In this document: positions 1 through 10,139 of the stretch, piece after piece
Layout of the letters: each line of letters starts with the position of its first letter
Position numbering within the stretch: position 1 is the first letter of the stretch
NCBI GenBank assembly: GCA_002269645.1
Contig: NIVC01002142.1
Location: 1 to 64,000 of the forward strand
Direction of reading: 5' to 3'
Source of the DNA: Macrostomum lignano
Taxonomy: Eukaryota
Length of the DNA stretch: 64,000 nucleotides
The notes under the pieces: model-generated
Database searches by the model: none
What the model was told of the DNA's origin: nothing
The model's input: only the letters and a program-made list of their open reading frames with translations
Position numbers and translations under genes: made by a program

Positions 1-1
1 T

Positions 2-2178
2 TCGGTTATTCCACAGAATCCTGAGCAGTTTGTTTCAATGAAAGTTGACTTCAAAATCGATGAGTACGAGAGGGGAGGAAAGACTAAGCCATTGTTCTTT
101 ACCATTCAATTCATTGATTCTAACCAATTTCTCAACGCCAGCTTGGCTCAGCTGATCAAGAACCTGCAGAAGAAGAGTGCACCATCACTAGCCTGCTAAA
201 AAGTAAGTTTCCACTGTTGTCTCCAGAAGTTTTATTCAGAAAATGCACTTTTCCGTACGACTACTTAACTAATTCAAATGTCCTTGAGGATACCGAGCTG
301 CCAAGTAAAGAACAATTCTACAACGTTCTGACTAAAAGCCACTGCAGTGATGAGGATTACAGGCATGCACAGAAAGCATGGCATGAATTCCAAGTTAAAA
401 CGCTGAAAGAGTACATGCTATGCTACCTTGAGCTTGACATTCGGCAGCTCGCCGATGTCTTTGAAAATTTTCGCAAGCTCAGCCTTCGTGATGATGGCCT
501 TGATCCGGTGCATTTCGTTTCAACCCCGGGATTATCTTTTGCTTCAGCACTGAAGTCTCTCAAATCCAGAATCGAGCTGATTACGGATTCGCAAATGTAT
601 GCAACATTCGAGCGCGGTATTCGCGGTGGCATGTCATTTGTGAACATACACAGAGTGTCAGCCAACTCTCCAGATATTAGAAAAAATTTGGAAGCAGCTG
701 ACAATCAGACTATCTGCAATGACAATGATGATGATGATGATGACTGTCACGACGAGGGCGCTGATCAAGCTGTTCCTACCGAGCTTCTAGCAGTAGATGC
801 TAACAACCTTTACGGTCAAGCTCTTACCATGAACTTACCTGCAAATGGATTTCGCTGGCTTTCCGAAGATGAGCTACAGCTGTGGACCGAGGATCGTATC
901 CGAGGGCTCAAAATCTCAGATCCAATTGCTTATCTGCTCGATGTCGATCTTCTATATCCAGCAGAGATACATTCCACCACTGAAGATTTGCCTTTTGCAC
1001 CAGAAAAAGAAGCACCAAAATTCAAAGAATTTCCTGCCTACATGCAACAGCTTTGGAGGCAGATTACTGGAGACAAAGCAGCCTATCGTTCGGCAGAAAA
1101 ACTTCTGCTCACCTGCCATGACAAGCAGAGTTATGTGCTTCATTCGGCTATCTTGGCATTCTACTTGAGCCATGGAATGAAAATCAAACGAATTAATCGA
1201 ATGATTGAGTACAAACAGGAGCCGATATTTGCTGACTATGTTAACATGAACAGCGTGAAAAGAGCTGCTGCGACAAACAGCTTCGAGAAAGACTACTACA
1301 AACTAAAAAACAATGCGCTCTTCGGAAAAACAATGGAAAACGTGCGTAAGCGACGTGACATTCGGATTTGCACCAACACTGCAAAAGCAAAGGTGCTGGC
1401 TTCAAAACCATCCATTAAGAACTTTATCATAATTACCGACTCACTGAGCATAATTGAATTCCAGAAGACTAAGGTCAAGCTTGATCGTCCGATTTTTATT
1501 GGCCAGTGTGTTCTTGACTATTCGAAGCTAATCATGTACGAGTTATTCTACGACAAATTGAAGCCTTGGCTTGAGCAAGAGGGTGCCCGTGTTCGGCTCT
1601 GTGGTGGAGACACCGACTCGCTCTTTCTTTGCATTCAGAATATGGATGTGCAGTCGGAAGTTCTTCCACTGCTAAAAGCAAAGAAACTCCTTGACACTTC
1701 CAACTATTCACCTGAGCACCCGCTGTTCTCAAATGAATTGAAAGCTCGCCTCGGTTGCATCAAGGACGAAGGAGCTGGAGCTCGCTATCTCGAATGGTTG
1801 CTTTTGAGACCAAAGCTGTATTCCTTTCTCGCTAGCACTGCAACTGCTGAAAAGAAAAAAGCCAAAGGCATTCAAGGATGTGTTGTCAAGAAGGAGATTG
1901 CGCATAGTGATTACTTGAGAGTCTTCAATGATCTGAGTAGCATGTCCGTCATCATCCACAGGATCGCTAGCATCCAACACAGGCTATTCACGCTGCAGCA
2001 GCGAAAGTGTGCCTTAAGCATTTGGGAGGACAAGCGCGCTTGGCTTGCACCGAACTACAGTCTCCCGTTTGGCCATTTTCAACTTCTTCATCCGGAGTCG
2101 TCGCAGCTGCAACAGCACGTGAATGCTACAGCCTCCCGAAAGCGGCGACGGGAAGAAGACTACGAATTTAATAAGTGA
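2..2178 (+). CDS. pPolB: Protein-primed family B DNA polymerase, C-terminal part, with a frameshift at about 165-190
   Basis: ORF 217-2178 has RKxTFPYDY, YLELDxxxLADVFENFR, RGGMS, DANNLYG, KLKNNALFGKTMEN, DTDS and RPKLYS motifs. Frame +2 (2-198) reads VIPQNPEQF...FIDSNQFLNASLAQLIKNL, the expected upstream segment, then stops. Frame +1 continues ITSLLKSKFPLL. Confidence 0.93.
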
Positions 2179-2908
2179 CTGAGTATAACTTTTTATCACA
2201 CGGCCTCTACACATTTTATTCTGAATATTTAGTCTTTGGTTTCTTCAAACATATACTCGCCTTTATCCGTTTAAATTATATGCTGTCTCAATTTTGCTAT
2301 CTCAGATAGAAGAAGTTGCAGCAATTTGCCTCCCCTGTTTCACCGTAATTTTAGTGTCTTTTTGAACTTTTTGTCTGAAGTCTTAATGCTAGCTATTAAT
2401 TTATTAGTAATTTTATTTCAGTACCTTGTAACTGCACGATTTCTACTCGTAATATTAAATTGCAAAGTCAGTAAATTTAATGTATTGAAATTTTTATTGC
2501 TGAGTTTTATGTTCATTTATTAATTTTTTAACATGATGCTAAAACATTTCTTTGCATTGCTTTTGTTGAAATTTCTTGCCTCTATCTTGTAATTTTGCGG
2601 TCCAGTTACATGTATGAGTGTCAGTCGAGTTTGATTAATTAATTTCTTCATTCACGTGTATCAATCTAAGCAATTTCGCTTTTGGCAGAACCTTTTTGGA
2701 ATGGGTTCTATGCCCTTTTTCTGTTTTTGTGAGGGGAGAGATCTGATTACGCGTTTTAGCTCCCAGTTTTCAATTATTCTATGCTCATTTCACCTTTAAT
2801 TTTTTAGTTAAAACTTATTTTTTAAAATAAAAATAAATAATTTAAAGATGCGGTTTTCCGTAATGAATTTACGCAAACATTCAAGAACAAACGGAACACA
2901 CTTTTTGT

Positions 2909-3499
2909 TTATTTTTGATAGGTGATAAACTGGCTGATTAAACTATGTAACGTAGAAAGGTCGAAGCGCAACATGCTCATAGATTTTGCTCCACTAAGAA
3001 CAAAAGAACCAGTATGAAATAACAAGCATTTACAATAACGTAATGTATAAATTAGAGCAGAGAACGACTCGGGCTCATACTCAGCGTAAGACAGTATGCC
3101 AGAGGCAGCAAGATTTGTGAGGGACAAAGCATTGCAGAAGTTAAATTTACCATGAGCAGTAATAGTTTTAATCCGAACACAAATGGCTTGAGGAGGCAGC
3201 AGTTGAGCTGGCACTCTCCGATGCAGCATAGCCACGAAGCGACGGGCAGCCCTTTTGGCGTCTGCGTGGGTCTTGGCACCGCAGATGCTCAGTTGCCCAG
3301 TAGGGTAGAGTAGCAGAGTCACTCTGGGACTTCGCATCCGCTTGATGAGCACCCGGGGCCAGACGGGCCGGTAGATCACATGAGCCATGCTGAGAGCCAG
3401 TTCCCGTAGAGGTAGCTGAGCGCCCCTGCCACCATCCAGCCTCAGATCTACTCCGCCAACCAGATTGCTCACTCTTAGGGCTGTAGCTGGTGGGCTCAT
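2909..3499 (-). CDS. TATA-binding protein (TBP/TRF)-like protein, Polinton-encoded
   Basis: Both TBP repeats are recognisable: VSNLVGG...RMRSPRVTLLLYPTGQLSICGAK and AEYEPESFSALIY...LLFHTGSFVLSGAK, compared with TBP IQNIV...[23 protein letters not shown] and YEPELFPGLIY...LIFVSGKVVLTGAK. First ATG is at 3499; the ORF track starts at a TTG at 3538. Confidence 0.88.
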   Translation of the reverse strand: MSPPATALRVSNLVGGVDLRLDGGRGAQLPLRELALSMAHVIYRPVWPRVLIKRMRSPRVTLLLYPTGQLSICGAKTHADAKRAARRFVAMLHRRVPAQLLPPQAICVRIKTITAHGKFNFCNALSLTNLAASGILSYAEYEPESFSALIYTLRYCKCLLFHTGSFVLSGAKSMSMLRFDLSTLHSLISQFITYQK

Positions 3500-4019
3500 T
3501 TCGATCGTCAACTTCTTCACCAAATCTGCTTCTGCCAACTTTACTGCTCGTGTGCCACGGACACTGCTCGCTTCTTAAGTTGATGCAGAACTTTGGCTTA
3601 AGCCAACTGTAGTGCAGCAACGAATTTCTCACTGCACAGCCAGTATCTGAATCTTCAGTCGAGGGTGCTCCCAAATCTTCTAGGTTATAAACCTGTCTAC
3701 CAAGCAGCTCAGTCAGGAAAATAGACTTCCTTTCCCCATTTGTCCAGATCGGACCACTGGCAATCCTCAGAATGTCTTCCGCCAGTTCCATGTACGGACG
3801 GGTTCCATCATTCCACTTAAACTGGTGCAGACTCTTTGATAGCTGTCTGTAGCAAACTCGCATGTCAGGTGAGACTCTCTCCCATGGATACGGAGGTGCG
3901 TACACATGGTGAGCAATTCGGTAGCTTCCCGCTCTGACTTGAACAACTGCCAACTCCTTCACAACAAAGTTTTTGCTTGTGCTGTTGCACGGGAATCCTT
4001 GGAAGTCAATGTAGTTCAT
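3168..4019 (-). CDS. DEDD/DnaQ-like 3'-5' exonuclease-type protein (domain about aa 1-140); tail overlaps the TBP gene
   Basis: YIDFQGF...FVVKELA, PPYPW, WNDG..PY, NGERKSIFL, VYNLEDLG and CAVRN motifs, as recalled from invertebrate Polinton nuclease-like ORFs. Confidence 0.65.
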   Translation of the reverse strand: MNYIDFQGFPCNSTSKNFVVKELAVVQVRAGSYRIAHHVYAPPYPWERVSPDMRVCYRQLSKSLHQFKWNDGTRPYMELAEDILRIASGPIWTNGERKSIFLTELLGRQVYNLEDLGAPSTEDSDTGCAVRNSLLHYSWLKPKFCINLRSEQCPWHTSSKVGRSRFGEEVDDRNEPTSYSPKSEQSGWRSRSEAGWWQGRSATSTGTGSQHGSCDLPARLAPGAHQADAKSQSDSATLPYWATEHLRCQDPRRRQKGCPSLRGYAASESASSTAASSSHLCSD

Positions 4020-4047
4020 GATGCAGCTTTCCCTCGAAATTTCGGAG

Positions 4048-4740
4048 TCAGTCCACCTTCTTATATACTTTTCTGCCAGGCAGTTTCAGCCAGGCTGTGT
4101 TGCTCCCGTACCCCTTGACTAGACTCTCCTGTTCTTTCTCCAGTTCACCCCCTCTGCTGGTTGCCATTTTCTTCTTAACTGATTTACCAATAGCGGAAAG
4201 CGGAACATTAAGCTTTTTCTGCTGCAGCAAATCGATGAACTCGTTCCACCCAACTGGTTCACGCTCACATGACGAATCCCTCACTGCGTGCTGAATCAAG
4301 TCCAGTATGTTTGAGGAAGGGATTGACGTGCCTGCGATTTCCACCTCTCCGTTTTCACAAACTCCAATCAGCTCTGGATTGGTGGACAGGATCGTCCATA
4401 GACTGCGAGCCCTGGTTTTGAATTTCTGTGGCACCGACTTGCTGATCTTCTCTTCCCAGGTGTTCATCTGGGGTGTCTCTATTTTCATCAACTTGGCTTC
4501 AGTATTTCGTGATCCTTCTTTTCCAGCGTGCTTGCGCTTGGCCAGCAAACTTTGCATTGCACTTTGATACATGGCGGTTTTCACATCTTCTGGATAATCC
4601 TCGGCATACAAGATATCATCGCATTTCTTCTGAGCCTGCTTCAAGTCAGCGTCAGTGCTAGTCTCATTTGGCTTCAAATTCTGCACTAACATCTCATACT
4701 CTGCTTTAGAAATCAGAACCATTTCTGAAAATTTGTTCAT
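4048..4740 (-). CDS. Conserved Polinton hypothetical protein
   Basis: 230-aa intact ORF with GEVEIAGTSIPSSNILDLI...EPVGWNEFIDLL...NVPLSAI, resembling a recurrent Polinton ORF. Function unknown. Confidence 0.6.
   Translation of the reverse strand: MNKFSEMVLISKAEYEMLVQNLKPNETSTDADLKQAQKKCDDILYAEDYPEDVKTAMYQSAMQSLLAKRKHAGKEGSRNTEAKLMKIETPQMNTWEEKISKSVPQKFKTRARSLWTILSTNPELIGVCENGEVEIAGTSIPSSNILDLIQHAVRDSSCEREPVGWNEFIDLLQQKKLNVPLSAIGKSVKKKMATSRGGELEKEQESLVKGYGSNTAWLKLPGRKVYKKVD
4060..4067 (-). promoter_or_regulatory. Candidate TATA box (TATATAAG) upstream of the exonuclease/TBP genes
   Basis: Motif 41 nt upstream of ATG 4019, embedded in the 3' end of the preceding ORF. Confidence 0.35.
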
Positions 4741-5044
4741 TTTGCTTCTTTTTCTTGACCAGCTTAAGCAGAATCGGGAGTATTTTGATGAAGCCAGCCT
4801 TTAACAAGTCTATCTTTCTTCTCTGCTGAGTAATTTTTCGAATTATCTCTTTTGACTTTGCAAGAACAGCTTTTTCATCGATCGAAAACGATAAATTGTT
4901 TTGTAAGAGATTATGACAGGCCTCAACAAGAAAATAACGCACTTCTTTTGGACAATTTTTTATCAACAGCTGCTTGAAGCGCACGGTATATTTAGGTGAC
5001 GCAAGAACCGCAAAAAGACTTGCATGTGAATCAAGCACTTCCAT
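4706..5044 (-). CDS. Small basic protein, adenovirus pX-like core/membrane-active candidate
   Basis: 112 aa, basic, with ACHNLLQNNL and a C-terminal KAGFIKILPILL resembling the GGFLxxL motif. Lies directly after the ATPase. Confidence 0.5.
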   Translation of the reverse strand: MEVLDSHASLFAVLASPKYTVRFKQLLIKNCPKEVRYFLVEACHNLLQNNLSFSIDEKAVLAKSKEIIRKITQQRRKIDLLKAGFIKILPILLKLVKKKKQNEQIFRNGSDF

Positions 5045-5086
5045 AGCGATGAAAACAATAGCCGATAAAAAACAAGCTTCACTTTC

Positions 5087-5734
5087 TTAAGCAAATACAA
5101 GATGGGGTCGCTGGTTGGGCAAAATTCTGGCCCGCACTCGCAGCTCATCGGGAGTTGATGGGTGAAAGTCTAGGAACAGGTAGGCTCCCCTGTTCTGCGC
5201 GGTCACGTGCTTGAACACTGACAGCAGAAAGCCGGGCTTCTCTGTAAAGCACTGCCTGCCCAGTGCTGCAATCTGCAGCTGGTCTCGGGGGTTTTTCAAG
5301 ATAGCTAAGTACATTACATTCAAGCTCATTGTTCGCGACTCTTTTCCCTTGAAAAATATATTCTGAGTCAGCATCACCAAAAAGCACGGCAAGTGATGTG
5401 CGATTCCTGTGAAAAAATTTCGCATTGAAGCAGAATTTGAAGTTTCCTCTATTAAGTCATCGAAAACAACCAGGTCATTGGGCCTAAGTGCTGCCTCGAT
5501 GTTGGTGGGGAATCCCTGGCGCAGCTGCACACCTAGGCTGCTCAGTTCTGCATGGCCTGCCTGTGAGATCCCATAGTACCACAGAACTCTGCCAGGCTTC
5601 ACATCAAACATGACGTCTCTGTACTGGATCAGGTGTTTGACAAAGGTTGTTTTTCCTGCATTGGTGGGCCCGCAGACAATCATGCAGCTTCCCTGCCTGA
5701 GGCGGATATCGTAGCAAACTCGCTTTTCTCCCAT
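5087..5734 (-). CDS. A32/FtsK-like genome packaging ATPase
   Basis: Walker A GPTNAGKT, Walker B LVVFDD, HH...LVMLTQN, and KNPRD. Confidence 0.93.
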   Translation of the reverse strand: MGEKRVCYDIRLRQGSCMIVCGPTNAGKTTFVKHLIQYRDVMFDVKPGRVLWYYGISQAGHAELSSLGVQLRQGFPTNIEAALRPNDLVVFDDLIEETSNSASMRNFFTGIAHHLPCFLVMLTQNIFFKGKESRTMSLNVMYLAILKNPRDQLQIAALGRQCFTEKPGFLLSVFKHVTAQNRGAYLFLDFHPSTPDELRVRARILPNQRPHLVFA

Positions 5735-5763
5735 GTCTAATGCATAAATATAGTTCTAGAAAA

Positions 5764-6273
5764 TCACGGACATCTTTTTCTTAAGTTGGCTTCAAACCTC
5801 TGTAAGATTCTATCATTCAAATGATTTTTTTCATTAGAGTGCAAACTCTTTAAAATACCCTCAAATGACCGATTGATCAGCAACTTTTGATAAGCAAAAT
5901 AGATGCAAAACACTCCGCATTTATTAGAGTTAGCACATTGAAATCTGTTTATATTGCTTCGGAGATAAAAGCCAGTTGTTTTAATCTCTCGAAACAAATT
6001 ATAAACCACAGATAAAATTTCAGGTTCCCAGCCGAGGGAGTTGAACAGCTCAATGCAATTTCCTTGCCCAGCATAGCACACCACCCAATGACCAAATGAG
6101 CCATTGTGCTGTAGTAGGATAAACACAAACTTGTTTTCAAAGGGAATTGATCGATATTTTCTTTTTAGACTCAAAGACAATACATTTTTATAGCGTGAAT
6201 GTAAAGTAATGATGAAGAATTTTCGGCAAGACAAAAATTTTCTGGCGAGATGGAGTAGTTGAATTGCTTCCAT
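5764..6273 (-). CDS. Adenain/Ulp1-like cysteine maturation protease
   Basis: GHWVV (His), LFNSLG, and QCANSNKCGVFCIYF (Gln and catalytic Cys). Confidence 0.88.
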   Translation of the reverse strand: MEAIQLLHLARKFLSCRKFFIITLHSRYKNVLSLSLKRKYRSIPFENKFVFILLQHNGSFGHWVVCYAGQGNCIELFNSLGWEPEILSVVYNLFREIKTTGFYLRSNINRFQCANSNKCGVFCIYFAYQKLLINRSFEGILKSLHSNEKNHLNDRILQRFEANLRKRCP

Positions 6274-6278
6274 GCCAG

Positions 6279-7562
6279 TTAAGAGGAATAGTCCAGCAAA
6301 AGCTCCCGGTGCTTGGTGACCTCAATCAGCGAGTCATACAGGCACAGAGCGATCAGGGACACCGTTTCGTCCAGAGCCTGTCGGAAGCGAATCTCCAACC
6401 GCAGGTTGCCCTCCTTCTGTCCGTACCACAGAGCCGCTCCCTCTGGTGTGAGATCGAATGCAAACACCGTGCTGTTGTTGGAGAAGAGCTGGTAAGGGAT
6501 CCACGGAACCGAGTTCGTGTGGCTTGCAGATTGACAGCTTTTCAGGTAGTGTAAGTATTCTCTTACAAAGGAATTGTTTTCAGGTGTGAAGGCACCGTGA
6601 CACACGGTTTCCCCACCTTTCTTTAGAGCCAACTGGCTAAGGTTGAAGCTCTGGAACTGGAACGGGCTCGCGTGATGATGACCGTTGAATGCACGGTGGC
6701 TCACGAAGGCCAGCATGATGAACTTCGGCAATTTTCCATGAGTGAATCCTTCAATGTTTTTAGATTGAATGCCCTGGGGTAGGATGAAGTTCTGCATTTC
6801 AGTTCGCTCGATGGGATACAGTGCATTTTGGTTTGTCAACCCCTGCTCGTGGGCCAGGCTGATGTGGGGCACCACTTTGACTCGGCGAAGATGCAAAATG
6901 CAGTGAGAGATTTCCATGCGGTATGCCGCGTTGTTTGCATTCGGGCTTCTGATGGCAAAGGCCCCATCGCTGGGCACCAGTTTGATGTGCAAGTGCAGAT
7001 TGTTTAGCAGAAACACTGGGCATTGGAAAACATCGCTGAAGAGCGGTCCCGCATACTCCATCCATCGGGATTCCCTGTGGCTCTCCGTGTGCTTTTCAGC
7101 TGCCGAGTTCGGCTCCAGGAAGCCAGCAGGGTAAAGTTTTAGTTGCTGGGCATCAGATGAGCTCATTAGTGCTTTGAAGTACGCATGGTAGGGATAGAGC
7201 TGGTCTCCACCAGATACCACTCGCTGGTTAATGCTCACAATTACATCTGAGAAGGCTGTAGACAAAACAAAGTTTTCTGGGTGCACGTCACTGTCTCTGC
7301 GCTCGGTGATGATGCCATCTCCATCTCGAACATCCTCCCTCAGCAAACCCCCATCCAGTCTCACAAGGCGGCAGCGAATATAAAGAAAAGAATTAAGCAA
7401 ATCAGTGTATTCATCGGCAGATTGGTGGCAGTCAAATTCAATGGGGGAGTTTGCAGTAATGGAATTTACTGGGTGAATATCAACATAAGTAGCTTTTTCA
7501 ATGCAGGTTTGTAGAACAGGCGTCTTAAATAAATCAAGTCTGGGATTGAATCCGTAAGCCAT
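6279..7562 (-). CDS. Major capsid protein (double jelly-roll, hexon-like)
   Basis: 427 aa with LDLFKTPVLQTCIE..YVDIHP..S...PIEF, EYTDL, GKLPKFIMLAFV, PFQFQ and FAFDLTP. Size and position are typical. Confidence 0.88.
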   Translation of the reverse strand: MAYGFNPRLDLFKTPVLQTCIEKATYVDIHPVNSITANSPIEFDCHQSADEYTDLLNSFLYIRCRLVRLDGGLLREDVRDGDGIITERRDSDVHPENFVLSTAFSDVIVSINQRVVSGGDQLYPYHAYFKALMSSSDAQQLKLYPAGFLEPNSAAEKHTESHRESRWMEYAGPLFSDVFQCPVFLLNNLHLHIKLVPSDGAFAIRSPNANNAAYRMEISHCILHLRRVKVVPHISLAHEQGLTNQNALYPIERTEMQNFILPQGIQSKNIEGFTHGKLPKFIMLAFVSHRAFNGHHHASPFQFQSFNLSQLALKKGGETVCHGAFTPENNSFVREYLHYLKSCQSASHTNSVPWIPYQLFSNNSTVFAFDLTPEGAALWYGQKEGNLRLEIRFRQALDETVSLIALCLYDSLIEVTKHRELLLDYSS

Positions 7563-7564
7563 GT

Positions 7565-7954
7565 CTATGACAGAGAGTCGAGCACGCGTTTCACAGTTTT
7601 CTTGCTGACTTTTCGCTTTCGCTTTCCTCCGCCTGCTGCATTCTTCTTTGCTTTCGTCTTCCTATTCTTAAGCTTTTTCCTACTAGCCTTGCTCGGATTT
7701 CTTTCATTGCACCTCTTATTGGTGCGATCTCTACCAGTTGCCTTTCGGGTGTACTTCTTCTTCTTCAATCGTTTCGGACTTGCTTCAGTATTTCTTTTGC
7801 GCCTGACATTGCTATGCGTTGAGAATGATGATGTAGCCGCTGGCGGAGGCTGGTATGTCATGATCCCCGGAAAGCTCCCACAGCCATAGAGTGCAGGCTT
7901 TTCGTGTCCTGTCCTCACCCCCGAATATTGCTGGATCAGCTGCTGGTAGTTCAT
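7565..7954 (-). CDS. Lys/Arg-rich core (pVII-like) protein
   Basis: ATG at 7954 overlaps the minor-capsid stop (ATGA). Very basic C-terminal half. Lies between the minor and major capsid genes. Confidence 0.6.
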   Translation of the reverse strand: MNYQQLIQQYSGVRTGHEKPALYGCGSFPGIMTYQPPPAATSSFSTHSNVRRKRNTEASPKRLKKKKYTRKATGRDRTNKRCNERNPSKASRKKLKNRKTKAKKNAAGGGKRKRKVSKKTVKRVLDSLS

Positions 7955-8778
7955 TGTATGCGTTTCTCCCGAATCTGAACTGTGAGCAGAACAGGGCTGA
8001 GTGTCTGGGCAATCAGTGGGCAACCATAGATGTCACGCAGCTGAACTCGAATGCTGTGAAGAAGACTGATTCGTTGAATCGGGAAGAATATTGTTTTCTT
8101 AAATATTTTTGTTTGATAGTTGCCCCATTCAATGCCGGCTTTCATTCCAACTGTTCTCAACAGGGAGCCCAAGTTGCAATTAGTTGACTCAACGATACTG
8201 CAGTGCACATTGATTAAGCTGGTGCGCGGGCAGCCAATGCAGTGCTCGGACACGCGGCTCCCTGGCTGGATTTTCACAGCCTGGTTTCCAAATCCCAGCC
8301 AATGCAGAATTTTGCTGGATGGGAGAAACATCTCTGCTCTCGCAGTGTTGTTGTGCACCACAGTTCGTGAGTTGCGGATTTCGAACTTCATACCGAATTC
8401 CCTGTTGCCACTACGCCCCATCAGGCCGGACTCATCAGCCTCCATCTCAGACTCCCTGTCACTCATTGCATCAAAGAATAGCGAATCAGAGTTGGCCAGC
8501 AGCTGATTCAAACGCTCCACCAGCTCCTCCACTCTAGCAAAGCGTCCGGGTTGAAGAACCAGGGCCTCATGCTCTCTTCCATCTGAGACAGTGAAGCAGT
8601 AAGGCTCGTCAACATTGAACCATGCAGCAGGCAGATGGATTTCAGCCAGACCTGCCTCATAGTCCACATTTCGATACAAGTAAATAGGTGAAGGCAAGTA
8701 AAAATTAAAGTCACTAGGAGTACCTTCAGCATGCTCACTGTTAATCAAAATAGTTCGCATTATAATGTTAAACCTCAT
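7951..8778 (-). CDS. Minor capsid protein (penton-like)
   Basis: SDFNFYLPSPIYL...DYEAGLAEIHLP..WFNV N-terminal signature, and C-terminal IRVQLRDIYG. Confidence 0.8.
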   Translation of the reverse strand: MRFNIIMRTILINSEHAEGTPSDFNFYLPSPIYLYRNVDYEAGLAEIHLPAAWFNVDEPYCFTVSDGREHEALVLQPGRFARVEELVERLNQLLANSDSLFFDAMSDRESEMEADESGLMGRSGNREFGMKFEIRNSRTVVHNNTARAEMFLPSSKILHWLGFGNQAVKIQPGSRVSEHCIGCPRTSLINVHCSIVESTNCNLGSLLRTVGMKAGIEWGNYQTKIFKKTIFFPIQRISLLHSIRVQLRDIYGCPLIAQTLSPVLLTVQIREKRIQ

Positions 8779-8797
8779 GAGAAGAGATGCGCAAAAG

Positions 8798-9868
8798 CTA
8801 AACCTTTCTTAAGTCTTTTTCATCCACCCAGCCTGTCGAGTCGTAGCCGGCCCACTTCACCAGATAGCGAATTTTTCCCTTCCTCTTCTCCGTTTTCAGA
8901 ATCTTCTCAATCACATACAGTCGCTGTGAGTCCGGCACCGCCTGCAGCTCATGCTCATGAAAGAGACCCCGGATCTCCTCACCCTTTATGTCCCTAATCT
9001 TGTACATGTACGGATAGTGCTTCGGTGCCCTACATACTACAGTGTACACCTCCTCACTCCAGTTGGCCTTGTATCCTTTGTGGAATAGCCTGGGTGCATT
9101 GGAAATTCTCACTGACTGCTTTTCACTGAATTTGGGCTTCTTTGGCTTATTTACAGTCTCAATGGCTCTTCCATTGTAAAGGTTCATCCAGACCTCAGTC
9201 TCATTCTCTTTGCATACGCTAGTCGGTGCCATTTTGATGCTTCTGTGGTAAGTGTTGTTGTACGACTTGACCAGCTTTGGCAACACATCAACCCAATGCA
9301 AAGTGCTCTTGTGGGTGAAATATCGCCACATTTTGTTTTTCAAAGTTCTATTCCACCTCTCTATGATGGCTGCTTTTTGCTCACTATTAGTGGGGAATGC
9401 CAAAATTCCCTTGCTTATACAGAGCTCCCGAAAATTGGTATTGATGAACTCTTTTCCTTGATCCGTGCGGACTGTGCGTGGCTGGCGCTTTGAGCACCTC
9501 AGGATACTCTCGAATGCGAACTTGACTTCCGCAGCTGATTTGTTTTTTAGAGGCCTGGCCCAACCAGATTTAGAGAGGACATCTATACATGTGAGAATAT
9601 ACTTGTAGCCGTTATTGTATTTTGCAAATGGTATCATCTCAACCAGGTCAAGTTCCCACTGATCATCAATAGCCCTAACAATGATTGGTGCCATAGGATA
9701 GCGTCTCCTAGCTTGCTTGTGCAGTGTGTACACAGGCTGCTCAGTCAGCCATTGTCCGATGCTCTTTTTAGATTCACGATTATCCTGTGTTTTCTTGAGC
9801 TCGTGCAGAAGCTTTGAGACACCCGAGAAACTGGCAGGCTGAGCAGGGTTGTAGTAGATCTTTTCCAT
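8798..9868 (-). CDS. Retroviral-type (rve) integrase with C-terminal chromodomain
   Basis: DDQWELDLVEM, CIDVLSK, VRTDQGKEF and IERWNRTLK (DDE), then YNNTYHRSIKMAP. C-terminal YVIEKILK...YLVKWAGY chromodomain. First ATG is at 9868. Confidence 0.96.
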   Translation of the reverse strand: MEKIYYNPAQPASFSGVSKLLHELKKTQDNRESKKSIGQWLTEQPVYTLHKQARRRYPMAPIIVRAIDDQWELDLVEMIPFAKYNNGYKYILTCIDVLSKSGWARPLKNKSAAEVKFAFESILRCSKRQPRTVRTDQGKEFINTNFRELCISKGILAFPTNSEQKAAIIERWNRTLKNKMWRYFTHKSTLHWVDVLPKLVKSYNNTYHRSIKMAPTSVCKENETEVWMNLYNGRAIETVNKPKKPKFSEKQSVRISNAPRLFHKGYKANWSEEVYTVVCRAPKHYPYMYKIRDIKGEEIRGLFHEHELQAVPDSQRLYVIEKILKTEKRKGKIRYLVKWAGYDSTGWVDEKDLRKV

Positions 9869-9910
9869 TATCAAAATCAAGCTGAATGAAAGCCTGCAAA
9901 ACAATTTTTT

Positions 9911-10057
9911 TTAAGTTCTTTTCGCGGTTTGCTCATTGAGCCACTGTTCAATGCTCTTTCAATTTTTATGCCCACCCTCTTCTCTAACTTGATGCAGCAG
10001 CTGTTGGGCAAATTGAAAAACTAGCTGGTTGGCCAGGAGCAAATAATTTTTTTCCAT
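9911..10057 (-). pseudogene. Degenerate duplicate of the integrase 5' end (about 48 codons)
   Basis: Manual translation gives MEKNYLLLANQLVFQFAQQLLHQVREEGGHKN*KSIEQWLNEQ, against integrase MEKIYYNPAQPASFSGVSKLLHELKK...KKSIGQWLTEQ. An alternative frame reads PGQPASFS. Confidence 0.75.
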
Positions 10058-10139
10058 TTTCTCAAGAAACAAAAGTCAACAGTCTAATTTTTTCTTAAGC
10101 ACAAGAACAAAGGAAAACAATTTTTTTATGAAAAGAAGC

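Noticed and set aside
1600-1625. pPolB motif C reads GGDTDS rather than YxDTDS; the protease has FNSLG rather than FDSLG
   Set aside because: The catalytic DTD and His/Cys are intact. Without an alignment to relatives I cannot call these inactivating or novel.
2200-2900. Short minus-strand ORFs (32-43 aa) between pPolB and TBP
   Set aside because: AT-rich, short and without recognisable motifs; probably a convergent terminator/UTR region.
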